From positions 458,030 to 522,029 of the forward strand of contig RDEW01000004.1 of NCBI GenBank assembly GCA_011109175.1: 64,000 bases of DNA, in the 5' to 3' direction. Positions 25,761 through 37,959 of this stretch are shown piece by piece. Source of the DNA: Dicyema japonicum. Lineage: Eukaryota; Animalia; Dicyemida. Position numbers and translations under genes: made by a program. The notes under the pieces are model-generated. The model had not been told where the DNA came from. It was given only the letters and a program-made list of their open reading frames with translations, and made no database searches. Each line of letters begins with the position of its first letter. Positions within the stretch are counted from its first letter, which is position 1.

Positions 25761-27209
25761 CTGTTATCTTTCCTGCAAAAAACCATTTGGAAGTACGGTC
25801 GTTGGTGTAAGGAATTCAAATCAGCCTCAAAGAAGAACATATCGATCGATCCTCTCGCGGAGGCACATTCGAAAACTATAGGATCGTTGTTCAGTAAGAA
25901 TTCGGAAATTGTTAGAAACTGTTTATTTCTCAGTGATCGTGGGATTACTAGAGTGTTACCACTCTAACATTAAAGGAAGCGACAGTAAAAGGCGATCGAT
26001 CAAAACATGTTTGAGACATAGCTAGAGAGGCACGTCACCACTAATAATTTTTCAGCCATACTGTATCTTCTACATTCAGAGGATGTCCAAGAAGTTGTCT
26101 TCCCAAGATACTTGCGGAGGATTACGTTATGATCGGGGCCAACTGATGGATGCAGACGATCTGGGCGAAATCAGGAGGCGAGCACGACAATGAAAGGGAT
26201 GGAGATGGCTAGCGGAAAGGATTAAAGAAAAACATGGCACAAGAGAAACCATAAACAGTTACTGGTAACGCGAATGTGGTTTAACGAACTGTTACCACTC
26301 TCACTTTCCACTCCTAAGCTGTCCACGTGGATCCGCAGACTAGCCGCTAACCTTTTAAGAAATTTGAACGCGGCTAAATTAACAAAACAAACTGATCTTT
26401 TAGTGGCAATACAGGGAGGCAATCAAACCGAAATTAAGTCATCAGCAAGCATCCATCAGTGAGAGTTGTGCTTTGTTTGGAACACTTTTAGGCAACAACT
26501 CAAAAGGAATTTGCCTACTACTTGGGTTCAATGCTTGCGCCAGTGGTCAACTTTTAAAGAGTTTAATCTACTCTTTTGCTGACGGAGCGCTGGAACACGA
26601 GAAAAAAGGTGATGAATGGAATAATTGTGGGAGGGCTCGAGGCCACTTGGTATCTTGTACAGCCTGTGCCCTCGGAGTAAATATCACAAACAAAAAGGCT
26701 TTTACCGAGGAAGGGTAAAAAATACATTGCTTGGAAAACCACCTCTCTGGATGGTTTCTCCCCCTCCAACATTGAAGTAATGCAACTCACCTAGAATCAC
26801 CTTTTAAAAGATACGAAAGTCTCGGTGGAGAGTTTTTTTAACCGATCGCAATGAAAACCTCGGGAGTCATTGTAGGAAAGTTATTAACCGTGCTGAACAG
26901 TATTGGATCGCTCATCGTGAAGAGGAATAATCGAGAGAGGAGCTGGCTTATTAAGCGCATTTCCTTACCTGTTTTATTTAAAATAACCAAAACGTTTGTT
27001 AATAGTTATTTAAACATATATTCTAGCAGATGGCCAATCAATATATTGGCTATGTTGGCTGATGACATTGTTATTGACTATTTGATGCACTTATTATTTC
27101 CACAAATGTCTATGCCACGCTATTGGTCTATCAGTCATTCCAGTGTCAAAACCATAACAACTAAAATAACTCAAAAATGAAAACACAGTACAAGGGTGAA
27201 GCCACATAA

Positions 27210-27372
27210 TTAGTTCATTAACCTCGGATACATCGAGAAAGAAGTTGCAGTAAATTAGTTACCTGAGATAGGTGGAACACATGATGCCACTCTAGTAGGA
27301 AGGGGAAGAGGTGGAACAGACAAAACAAACAGACAACATCAACCAATTAGCCACGTAGCACCACATGGCGCC
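27210..27372 (-). repeat. Family B repeat, internally deleted
   Basis: Both ends (ttaacctcggatacatcgagaaagaag; caaccaattagccacgtagcaccacatggcgcc) retained, middle missing. Confidence 0.75.
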
Positions 27373-27487
27373 AGGATTACTACCTAGTTGGGTCAATAAA
27401 CGATGATGAGTAAAACATAATTAATATTTTTGTATAAATTTAAAATAAATTTGTTTAATAAAATTTAAAATAAATTAATCCATAATA

Positions 27488-28342
27488 ATGTCTGGGCCAC
27501 TGGTAAATGCCAACACTGAAATGATTCCTGTAAAAAGCAAAGTGAAATTGTAATAATATTATTAGTATTATGCAGAATACAGACGATTCTCATTTAATCC
27601 TGCCAATTTCTCTTCATTCAACAGTTTCTACGAACTCATTGAAGAGATTCATGGACTTTGCTCACTTAAATTTGTTATAAGCTATTCTGACAACCAAAAA
27701 GACATTCTCCCGATCAACAACGACGCTAATTACCAACGGGCGGTCAGAGTATCCTCCCCTCTCCTACGACTCCTTATAACCAGAATAGGTGATTCATATT
27801 GTGAGATAAATGGCTATGGACACGTGCCAAAAAAAGCAAATCCACTAAGAAAAGGCAAAAATAAGTTTTTTTTGAATGGTGCCAGCACTTGTTCATCGCC
27901 TGTAGTATCCCTCCCGGTCGATTTTCACTGCATATCTTCAATTCTTGAGTCAGAGACCGTCAAAATTAATAAGGATGACTGTTATTATAGGAAGATACAA
28001 ATTAACAGATCAGATGGCCCAAACACGCCACTGGGGTTTAATATTCGGCATCTGAAGAGGATCTCTGATGAAGATCGTCCAGCCGTGATGATATCGAGAT
28101 TGTTGCCAGGTGGTCTCGCTCAGGCCTCAGGAGTACTCAATGTGGGTGATCAAATTTATGAGGTTAATGGTAAATCTGTGAAAAATAAATCTCTTTATGA
28201 AGTGAACCAGATCATTCAAGAGAATATGGAGTGTTTGGTTCTCACGGTTAAGCCAGTTCAGTCAAAGAAAGTCAAGTTTACTAGGAAGAATATATCCGAA
28301 AATGAGGATGTGGTCACTTATTTTGGGGATTATTTGTCTTAA
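27488..28342 (+). CDS. PARD6: Partitioning defective 6 (PB1, semi-CRIB, PDZ)
   Basis: VKSK|YYAEYRRF across a 24-nt intron (27542-27565); ILPINNDANYQRAV; VSLPVDFHCISSIL; PLGFNIR..ISRLLPGGLAQASG..LTVKP. Confidence 0.95.
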
Positions 28343-28745
28343 TCTATTTATTATAGTTTTTTGATATGCGAGTTAATTATTCATGTGGTTTATTGATTGC
28401 CTTTTTGTTGTTAAATATAATTTTTTTGAACTTTAAATTCTTCAATGTTAGGGAAGACAAGGGCACTCAGAAGGTTTCAAGAAACCCATCTTCCAAAAGT
28501 AATTGAGCCTTTAGGTGACAAACCCCAAGGTAAATAATGAATGTAGGATTAAAATTATCTATTCGTGGTATGTTTCTCTACTAATTCATTGGGATTGTTT
28601 ATTAACGCATAGATGCTTGGTCATGTCGACTAGGATCTCCCCCATTTCGGTATGGATCATTTATGTGGGAACTTTCTTTTAACCCAGTGATCCTGAGGTA
28701 ATAGATGTTGGGTGGTCAGATGAGTGCTTTATGTTTGACATCACA

Positions 28746-29064
28746 TAATAATAGCCTTTTCACGAGAGCCATAGTATTTATAGCTCCGCATAGGCAGGAC
28801 ACACACTTTATTTAAGTAAAGAACAGTTAATTTTAACTAATCGTAGAACCAAGGAATTATCTTCACTTCTTGTTTTCTTTTTCTTGTGTGTGGGTCCTTT
28901 CTAGACAGTCCAGTTCTGCAGTGAGTATCCACTGATGACGGCGTCACTCGTCAAAGCCCTTTTATAATCGGTGATGCGTGGAACCTTCCACTAGGTGAAC
29001 AGCAGCGAGAATCGAACCCGTAACCAAGTCACTTTAGCCCGACACCTAACCACTATGCCACCCG
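28746..29064 (-). mobile_element. tRNA-derived SINE, family A, full length with RTE-type tail
   Basis: A box TGGCATAGTGG, B box GGTTCGATTCTC; body matches 13698 copy; tail matches RTE 3' end. Confidence 0.88.
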
Positions 29065-29099
29065 GCTGTTTGGCATCACAAATACATGATAAATCAGTT

Positions 29100-29740
29100 T
29101 GTTCGCTTCTTGTAAAATTGCATCCAACATAGTTCAAGTCCTTCAATGTTGGTAGTACAACTCTACGATAATGCATAAGGCCTTCAATGGTTTCTCAAGC
29201 AATTACTATTTCACAAGACAGTTATTAAAATAACTAAAGAATTTTGAGATGTGAGTAGACTATATGGATATTCTCTCTGAGTCTGAAACAGAGTTATGAC
29301 AGACTTTTCAGGAATGGGAGTAGAGATGGTCCAGTTTTGTTTGTGAGAAAAGATTAAAGGCTCCAGTAGGAACGTTTGTGTTTGAAGTAGAATGGAAACT
29401 TTTTCACAATCAAGGTTTTCCTCTAATTTTCAAAAGAATGGAATATGATCACTTATTGAGTCGGAAGTGACAGACCAGGGCATTAATTGGAGACAAAATG
29501 AGTGCGAAGAGTAATGTTCGGCAAATTTGATGGTCATTCTCCCACTTTTATCAAGTTCTCGTGTTTTTCAAAGAGTCATAGTAGTGGAATTTAAAAAAAA
29601 GTTTCGTCTCATAAATCAAAGCCATGTCAATTTTAGTCCGTCGAGTCGGCTCAATGATCCAAGGATCCACGTGAGACTAATTGATCTCTAGAGCGTATAT
29701 CGATAGCTATTGTCATTATTAACAGCCTGGCGATTCAACC
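29100..29740 (-). mobile_element. APE endonuclease relic of a LINE
   Basis: IMTI, DMALIYETKL, SDHIP fragments. Confidence 0.5.
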
Positions 29741-29749
29741 TCTCTAGAT

Positions 29750-29990
29750 TTATTTATTTTTTATTTAAAAACCAAGAGTCACCGACAAAACAAATGAAGG
29801 TAGGGGTCAGGTGATCCCGGTCCCTTTGAGCAGCCGCCTCATCTTTCCTCGGTGTTCCTCCCGAGGGCCGACACACTTCCTGTATGGAAGAATCACTTTA
29901 CGGAAGTTTAGGGGTTTTGGCTGAGCTCCCGTTCTCCTCACGAGTTCCTCGAACGGGGTTGATTTTAATGACGATGAGGATCTTTCTCTA
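29750..29990 (-). mobile_element. LINE 3' end (GIT* family)
   Basis: Open frame TPFEELVRRTGAQ..LKGTGIT* then tail gtcggtgactcttggtttttaaataaaaaataaat. Confidence 0.72.
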
Positions 29991-30328
29991 GATTAATTTA
30001 ATTATTTTTAATATATTCCATGTTTTTAAAATGATTAATTATAAAAAATATATAAAAATAATTTATTAAATGTGCTGTTGTGGGATGATGATTTGTAGTA
30101 TTTGATAATCAATGATTTCTAATCTTCTCTCTGACCACACATTTATTTTTTTACTAACAAATGTTATATTTTATTAAGTAGATAGGCATAACCCCGCTAA
30201 GTGATATGCATTAAACAAGACATCTTTGTATTCAAGCTCAGGTCAATTGAACAACAAAACATTATCAACTCTATAATCCTCAACCTTTAGGAATATGTGA
30301 GGTCACTCTTTGCCATAATCATGTAACC

Positions 30329-31516
30329 CAGAGGTTCCCAAACCTGGGTTCCACTAAGTTCCAAATTTTTTTAATTCTTGCGAATAGTGCTATGGCTCCA
30401 ACGAATCTTAGACGTCATTTTAAACCAGGAACTTTCAAAGAAAAAAAATAATATTTTATGCGGAAATTGGACCAAAATAAAGTTCAAGCATCCCTTTTTA
30501 CAAAAATTCAAAATAAACGAAAAAACACTGCATGCTAGTTATGCTGACATTACCGCTAAAAATATGAAATCGCATACTCTCGCCGAAACTGTCATTTTGC
30601 CTGCATGCAAAGTAGTGAAGATAATGTTCGGAGAAATTGCTGTCGCTGAGCTCGACTTAATTCCTATTTCTAATAATTCTGTGAGCAGACGGCTGTTTGT
30701 ATACAAGAGAAGTTGGATGACTTTATTGAATGCCTCAATGATGAATGTTGGTGTTGCAATTAGCATACCTGGCCGATATTTTTCATGAACTCAATGTTCT
30801 CAATAGCAGCATGCAAGTAAGAAGTGAAAATCTATTGAGTTGCGCGGACAAAATAGCTGCTTTTCTGAAAAAACTACAAATATAGAAACGACATAGCAGG
30901 AATGAAAACTTGGAAATGTTCCCTCATGTGCGAGAAAGAAATTTTAAAGAAATTGTTCAACAAATTGTAGACCATTTGGAGTCACTATTTACATGAAAGA
31001 ATAATTATTTTTCATCCATATCAGTTGAACTCTATGATTAGTGAGGAATCCTTTTGCTGAGTAAAAAATATCTGAAAACGAGCTATCACTAAAAGAGGAA
31101 GAAGAACTTGCTTTTGTTTCAACAGAACGTTAAAATATAATATTTACAGCTTGATATTGAATTCGTTTTGGCTGATTGTCAAAAAAAAATATCCTATTCT
31201 GGCAAACAAAGCTTTAAGAGTTTTGGTCCAATTTTCAACGACTTATCTCTGTGAAAGTGGATTTTCTGCATTAACAAATATAAAGCATAAAAACGCGCGA
31301 ACCTACTGTATGTGGAGGAAGACCTGCGTTTATCCCTGTCAAAGACAAGGCCAATTATTACAGAGCTATGCAAGAGACATCAACCATCTCACTAACTAGC
31401 ATTTTATTTTTTTATATTAGCAAAATACTGATTATTGTTAAAAACTACATAAGGGTTCCGTATAAAATGAAAAATGTAGATAGGTTCCGTGCTCTCAAAA
31501 AGGTTGGGAACCACTG
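30329..31516 (+). mobile_element. Internally deleted hAT (Buster/Charlie-type) DNA transposon
   Basis: TIRs CAGAGGTTCCCAAACCT and revcomp CAGTGGTTCCCAACCTT; imperfect 8-bp TSD atgTAacc/ctaTAaca; HTLAETVILPAC..PISNNSVSRR and FSTTYLCESGFS dimerisation motif. Confidence 0.9.
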
Positions 31517-31719
31517 CTATAACATATAAAAACTGCGATTAATGATTAGAGCAGAGGTTTTCAGAAAATAATTCTCGCGGCACACTAATCATAAAAATAA
31601 TCACACTTTAAAAAATAAAAAATTAAATTTTTCTCGGATACGTAAAAGTGGGGAAAAAAATTGGTAATTTAATGGGCAAATTTTTATTAATTTCGAATGG
31701 TTGACAACGCCACTCGCAT

Positions 31720-32000
31720 TTCTGAATCTACTGGCCAAAACGAATGACCAACGACGAGCTCTACAGAATCACTCAAACAACACAAATTGGGAATAAAGTG
31801 ACTTGGGCGAAATGACAGCTTCGGAGCTTCGCCAATCAGGCCATGGAATCATACTTCTCTATATTAAACAACGAATCGAGGTCGACAAAGAACTCACTTG
31901 CATAGGAAGAAAGCTGAAAACAGTAGAGGATCTGGATGATCTGAGACCGGTTGCGAGAAACAGGGGAGGATGGAAACGACTCACAGCCCGTGTCTGTTTC
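31720..32000 (+). mobile_element. RTE 3' end relic
   Basis: WPKRMTNDELYR; GRKLKTVEDLDDLRPVARNRGGWKRL. Confidence 0.7.
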
Positions 32001-32299
32001 AACATATATATGTTTCAAACGTATATCCAACTCCATTATCATTAATTTTAACGATCGATCGTTAAACAGTTCAACAAGGTTTTCATTTTCTTTAACGGAT
32101 TAGTGTTCTGACTGTGACACAAGACAAGGATCATCAAGTTTTCGCCAATGGTATGAGGTTTCAGTTCTTTTATATCAATTCAGAAATATAATCATTTCAA
32201 TAATTCCGTTGAGCTCACAAAAGTATCACTAAACAACATTTGACTGGATCTACGATATTATTAATAGCACTTTCGAAGAACCAAAAATGTAATTTATTT

Positions 32300-32980
32300 A
32301 ATTAAGGCCGTATTTTTCTTCAGGTTATTCCTTCTCCCACAATTCTCTTAATTAACTTCCTCCATGCTCCACGGTTACTGGCAATTATTCTGAGCGTATC
32401 CAGATCATCTCCTGTTTTCAGCTTTCGTCTTACATTGGTCAGGTCCTTGTGTAGAACCTTTGGAAAAGTTATGCGAGGTCTTCTACGGAACGAGGTATTC
32501 ACTTCTCCATTGCTATTTTAGCAGGTGTCATCTGGCTCATCCGAAGGATGTGACCAAACAGACGCCATCTTGATTCAAGGATATCCAGACTCAATGGTCT
32601 TGTATTACATACTTTGTATAGATTCTTGTTTGTAATTTTTTTGGCCAGTTGATGGCAAGCAACAGTCGGAGTTGTTTACGATGGAAGGCATCTAGTTTGT
32701 CCATTACCGCTTCTGAGACTCCCCAGGGTGCAGCGTTGTACATTAGGACCGGTTTCACGAAGGCATTGTATAGTCTCACACGTAATCGTGTGCTAATTCG
32801 TTTACGATGATTTCAGACTTCTCCCATTTTTCTGAAGGCCGCGACGGCCAACATCTTCCTGTTAGTGATATCCTCAGCGTCTCCGAGCAACGACAGTATC
32901 TCCATTTTTCATCAGTTCGGGTTAATTCACGGCGTATGGTAGTTGTCTCCGTCTTTTCCGTATTGATTTTGATCTACGAT
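32300..32980 (-). mobile_element. RTE RT C-terminus and 3' end
   Basis: RLYNAFVKPVLMYNAAPWG..KLDAFHRKQLR..RRRPRITFP..NRGAWRKL. Confidence 0.85.
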
Positions 32981-33099
32981 ACATGGTAAAAACTAAATAA
33001 TACTTGTGTTGTTTTTTTTCAAATGCATAAAATAATCAACAGATTTTTTGAATAGTCCGGATGCTTGGAAGTAAAATGTCTATTTAGTTTGCTAGGAAC

Positions 33100-33880
33100 C
33101 ATTTACTAAATTTGTATTTTTCTGGCGGCACACCGTTTGCAATCTCTGGATTAGAAAGCACATTGGATGAATCGTTAACCATTAATTTATTACTGGGTTA
33201 TCTACATTCCTATACCCTCATCAGGAGAGATCTGTTAATCTTATCAAGGAGATCTGTTATAAGGCGATCCTATTGCTACAGAAATCTCTCATCCCCCGTT
33301 GAATGCCTTGGAACATTGGAGAGATCTCGATTATGAAATTTTCCAAAGGACTTAGTACGATAGTATAACACCATTTTTTGCAACGTAAAAAACCTTGAAA
33401 TCCGCAGCAATCCTGACAAAACGAAAACACCCTATAGACATAAAATCATCATCCTATCTCACAATGGTCCCCCCACATTGCAGCACTTGCAAATTGTTCC
33501 TTTCTCAAAGGCTTCCGCAGTGACCACAACTTGGGTAATAGAACACTCAGCTGAAAGAATACATCAATTTGGACTTGAAAAATGTAAATTAAAACAAATT
33601 CACGCAGTTTGTTGACAATCTCAATAACGCCGTATTAACCAAAAATCACTCAGTCATGAAATTTCTCACAAAATAAATTGACCAAACTTTTAATATCAAT
33701 CGATGCAGAAGGAGTGGTTATTTTCCACAGATGTCATGGAAAGGGGTATTAAAGGAACGAAAAGATCTTTCGAACACCAATTTTTTCTAGCACATGTAAA
33801 ATGCACAGATTATAAAACTGGTCCACAGGATAACGGATTGGTGGGAGACTTTATTGCCTTCAATTTTTTTCATCTTTTTT
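33100..33880 (+). mobile_element. CR1-like C-terminal relic
   Basis: NPDKT, WSPH, ERIHQFGLEK fragments. Confidence 0.35.
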
Positions 33881-34160
33881 TGTTTTGTTGACTAATAAAT
33901 ACTAAAATTTTGATGTTTAGCTCACTATACTTATCTGTGATTTGTCTGTCTTCTATTTCTGTCCGTGTTCTTTGAAAGACTATTTAGTCATGTCAAACTC
34001 AAAAGGCTCCAGGGGTCTGGGAGCTGAAATTAAACAGCCTGTCGTTCGTTACTCCAAGAATTGGGGGTTAGTAATAATAAAAGAATTATTGTACAAATTC
34101 TCAAATTTAAAATAAACAAATTTATTATAAAATAATAAATACTCTATTAAATAATTAAAT

Positions 34161-35111
34161 TTATGGAATAAATCCGAGAAGGAGGCAAAAATCGTCAAAT
34201 TTTATGGCATTTTTAGTCTCAGACATAAAAGACGTGTCCTCGTTAATATTATCGGTTACAAAGTCAGTTTGAGAGGAGACTGAAAGAAATTGGGGAGATT
34301 CAGACATTGAATTTAACGAATTTCGATCACAACTGGAGACAAATTGACTGCCGAAATTCTGGAACGACTGTTGTCTGTTCAGTGACTTGTATCTCTGTGA
34401 GACAGATCTCGGGAGACTCCATTTGTCTTGGGAATCGTTAAAGTCGAATGAATTTAACTGACTTATTTGGAGCGGTTTGACGTTCACTTTTCTATTTCTG
34501 ACGTCTGGAAGTCGATACTGTAAAAGGACATTGGAGTTTTGCTTTTCTGGTGCGGTCCTCGAGTCGTTCCACCAAATGAAAGCCGAGAAGGGGGAATCAT
34601 CCTCCACCTTAGTTTTCTGTAGTCTTTTAGTCAGGTTTATTTTATCGTAATCAGAATTGAGCATCACAAAGTAATAAAGCGACTCGTCCTCGGAAAAAGA
34701 CTCCTTTAAAATTGCCACGTGGATTCGCTGTTTGTTACTTTCAAAGCTTAAAATTGGTGGAAACAGTTTTTGATAGATTATATTGCCCCCTGTTACCTCA
34801 AGGAGAACCCCAGCTGGCCCACTTTCAGCAATAATGGACAAAATATTCCACAAATTAACCACTTCCAGTTCCATCGTTATTTTAGAATTTTGTTTCTCCA
34901 AACATAAGAATTCATTGTCGATAGTAAGGGCCTCGTCAAACCTCCTCTCATGACTCAGATTTTCGAAGCACAGTGAGGTCACTTTGTCACATAGGTTGTC
35001 TATTAGTGGTTTCCCCCTGGTGGATGCCTCGTGGTGGCCAATAAAGTTAACTGGAATGGACAAATATTTCATAAACCGAACCAACCTGCGCAAACCAAAT
35101 AAATAAACCAA
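34161..35111 (-). CDS. Hypothetical protein; large uninterrupted terminal exon, 5' exons unresolved
   Basis: 316-codon open frame with normal composition and a Ser-rich tail; likely acceptor near 35085; family not recognised. Confidence 0.6.
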   Translation of the reverse strand: MVYLFGLRRLVRFMKYLSIPVNFIGHHEASTRGKPLIDNLCDKVTSLCFENLSHERRFDEALTIDNEFLCLEKQNSKITMELEVVNLWNILSIIAESGPAGVLLEVTGGNIIYQKLFPPILSFESNKQRIHVAILKESFSEDESLYYFVMLNSDYDKINLTKRLQKTKVEDDSPFSAFIWWNDSRTAPEKQNSNVLLQYRLPDVRNRKVNVKPLQISQLNSFDFNDSQDKWSLPRSVSQRYKSLNRQQSFQNFGSQFVSSCDRNSLNSMSESPQFLSVSSQTDFVTDNINEDTSFMSETKNAIKFDDFCLLLGFIP

Positions 35112-35379
35112 CTTTATTGATTACTGCTAAAATTACGAGGGAATGCGGTAATCGATTGAATTTGCATGAAATCTAATAAACCGAACAAAGCGATTCCGTG
35201 TCCCCAAATAATTCCACTATAAATTGAGTCAAACTAAAGTACTATAAACAATAAATCACATTTTGACAGATTTATGTGCACTTTGAATTCACAACAACAT
35301 TAAATTATTATCCTGCATAAGTGCCAGACAGATCCTGTTAAAACAGCTGCTGTCTAGGCTCCATGGCTTCTGCCTTAGG

Positions 35380-35530
35380 AGTGACCCCGTCATCAGTGAT
35401 ACCTCACCGACTGTCTACAGGAGCTCACAAACAACCAAACGAAAAAAGACGTTACCTCTTGACCCTTCCAACAATTCTTTACTCTTAAATAAAGTGTGTG
35501 CCCTGCACGTGCTGAACTATTACTGTGCCC
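35380..35530 (+). repeat. Family A SINE 3' half, diverged
   Basis: gagtgaccccgtcatcagtg and ctttactcttaaataaagtgtgtgccctgcac match family A; tail locally duplicated. Confidence 0.65.
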
Positions 35531-36189
35531 TACACGTGCTACTGAAGTATGACTGCATGTAATTTCCACGTGCAACACCGAATCATTCAAATTGAATATC
35601 CTCAATGACTTGATTTTTTGAATTTTCAGAAATTGTGATTTACGAGGTTCGCAATTTCAAGAGAACTGTGAATTTTTTGTTTGACCTTAAATCCATTGAA
35701 GGATTATATTTCAGTAACAAAGTATTTCCCACATTAATGGTTCATTTAATATTTTAAAATATGAATCAATAAAATTGATTGAAACTGACTTTGTTTGTAT
35801 TTGTCGTTAACACTAAAAGGTCATTTTTTGTTTAGATTTGGACGCTATCCGAAAGGGTGATCAAACAACATTGAGACCACCAAAGTAATAATTTGGCCCA
35901 CATGAGGAAAGATTTATGAAATTCCCATCTCCTCTATGCGATCTTTCCCAACGCACGTAAAATTACCCATGAATTCCAGTCTGAGTCAATAATCGTTTCT
36001 GGAGTGCTAGGTTAGTCGCATCAAGTGAGTAGGCGAGCAGCCATAATAGAGAGTGACCCAGCCGTAAACTCGTTTGTATAGCTTTTTGTTAATCTTAGAA
36101 AAAACCGAGAAAAATTAAAGTTAAATGAACAGATGGGGTATAATAACGCTAAGACAAAATAATATCCAAAATGTTTTAAGTGTAGTACC

Positions 36190-36492
36190 TCATTTATTTA
36201 TTAACCCCGGATACACCGAGAAAGAAGTTAAAGTATACAACTAATGAAGTGTATCCAGTTTCCACTTCCACAGAGTCCGGAATCAACATAAAGGGCAAAA
36301 GACGTCCATACTTGCAGTTGTGGAAACCCCTCCAGTGGAATGGGAGAGCAAATGATCTTTTTTTCGTGCCGGCCTGGCATTGGCCTAGACAGGTGGATCA
36401 CATGACGACACTCTAATAGGAAGAGAGAGGAGAAACAGGCGAACAAACATAAAACTTAAACCAATTAGCCACGCAGCACCACATGGCGCCAC
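36190..36492 (-). repeat. Family B SINE-like repeat, full length
   Basis: About 300 bp, roughly 90% identical by eye to 62745-63046; A-rich 3' tail. Confidence 0.9.
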
Positions 36493-36627
36493 GTGGGGCG
36501 TAACCAACAAGTACGTCTGATAAAGTCAAGCATTTATTCTGATTTCGAGCTTTAAGGGAAAACATAAACTGTAATAATATTTTAATAAATAATTGTAATA
36601 ATTAATTAAATAATTATTGCTTGGAAA

Positions 36628-37255
36628 ATGGGCCTCGTTGTTTTAAGTAAAGAAATATTATTGAAAATCAAGAAATTCCAGGAATCTGGAGAGTTCGATA
36701 TTGAAATCGACCGGAGAACGAAATATCGACTCAAGCAGCATTCCAAAAATATGAAGTTTTCTGAAGGAAAGGCTTTCATTTGGAGAAAAAATTGCCTTCT
36801 AAGATTTTTCGCCGCTGAAGAGGATGAACTAAAGCATGCAATGGTGGAGGTTACCTGCCCTCTTTTACATTTGTAGAAAGCACATAATTCTAACCATTTT
36901 GGAAGAGATAGAATGTTGAGTCTCCTCAGCAGGAAACTGTACGGTGTCAGTCGTAATGACGTTCAGCGTGTCATAAAGAGTTGTGTTTTTTGTCAGGTGT
37001 CCTTCAAACTAATACCAGTCCAAGCGACTTATGTCAACGGTTCCTTCTGTAACCTCGATAAACATTGGAGATTACGTAATTTTGAAACCTGACGTTGATG
37101 TCAAAGCCCAGAATAAAAGATTCCCATTATACGATCACATTAATACTACAAAATACATAATCACCCATAAAGACAATTGCAGTTATACCCTCAAAGACGA
37201 AACTGGATATGTGATTAGTGATGTTAATATTTCAAGAATAAAAAAACTTGGTTAA
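36628..37255 (+). CDS. Spliced integrase-derived gene: HHCC zinc finger fused to the C-terminal domain, no DDE core
   Basis: Exons 36628-36849, 36877-36996, 37019-37255 join in frame (192 aa): HNSNHFGRDRML..IKSCVFCQ|SKRLMSTVP..INIGDYVILKPD. Confidence 0.75.
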
Positions 37256-37399
37256 TATTTATGTAATTTCGATTTATGTATTTCTGGGTTGGGTTAAGGT
37301 TAGGATTGGGGCTATTTATTAACCCAAGGCTTACAATCTTTGGTATGCCCAGCACAAACAGTCATAACTGATTAATGCAAGAAGGGACGTCAAAGGAGA

Positions 37400-37850
37400 A
37401 CGTCTGCTTTAGCCGACCAAATCCAACCTCCAATAGTATATTTAGTGATTTCCGATGAAAGGTGGTGAAGTAGGTCCACCCTCTTCCATTTTCATTTCAC
37501 GTTCTACGTCGCGGACATCATTTCATTCATAGGCGGAAGAGCTTTCATAGCGTTAACGTGCTTGCTTGTCGTCGGGGTGTCTTCCGAGAGCGTGCCTGTC
37601 TCAACGTCATTCCTAAAGGAGTTTTGGGTACCTTTCTGGATGATGAATGAGTCCGTATTGGGATCTCATTACAACTCGGATAAAAAGTTTGTGTGCATGT
37701 GGAGACCAGATTGACTGTTTTGGCCTACACCCTCTCTCCTCAGGAAGAGTGCAGGCAGATCTCCCATGCACATAGCGTTGCACGAAGTCGTTAAGTGAGC
37801 CTTTGACGCGCTGGTTATTTGAACAAATCTCGCTCACCATCCTGAGAAGG
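37400..37850 (-). mobile_element. RTE-like RT core relic
   Basis: Decayed GV.Q region; low similarity. Confidence 0.4.
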
Positions 37851-37959
37851 AATATTAATGCAGTCGGAGCGGCCGCTATGTGACAATTTGCTCACTTTTT
37901 TTCCGTAGTATATTGTTCATAAAAAATTAACTGAACTGGCCAACAAGAATAAACAAGGA

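Noticed and set aside
25760-27180. Possible genes or R2-like RT
   Set aside because: Too decayed; motifs are not convincing enough to call
28931-28960. Hammerhead ribozyme (CTGATGA..)
   Set aside because: No GAAA after stem II and no stems I/III; lies on the antisense strand of the SINE
34880-35080. RASSF/RA-domain assignment
   Set aside because: Resemblance is too weak to support by eye
37283-37310. Telomere-like gggttgggttaaggttagg
   Set aside because: Only 3-4 degenerate units; insufficient for an interstitial telomere
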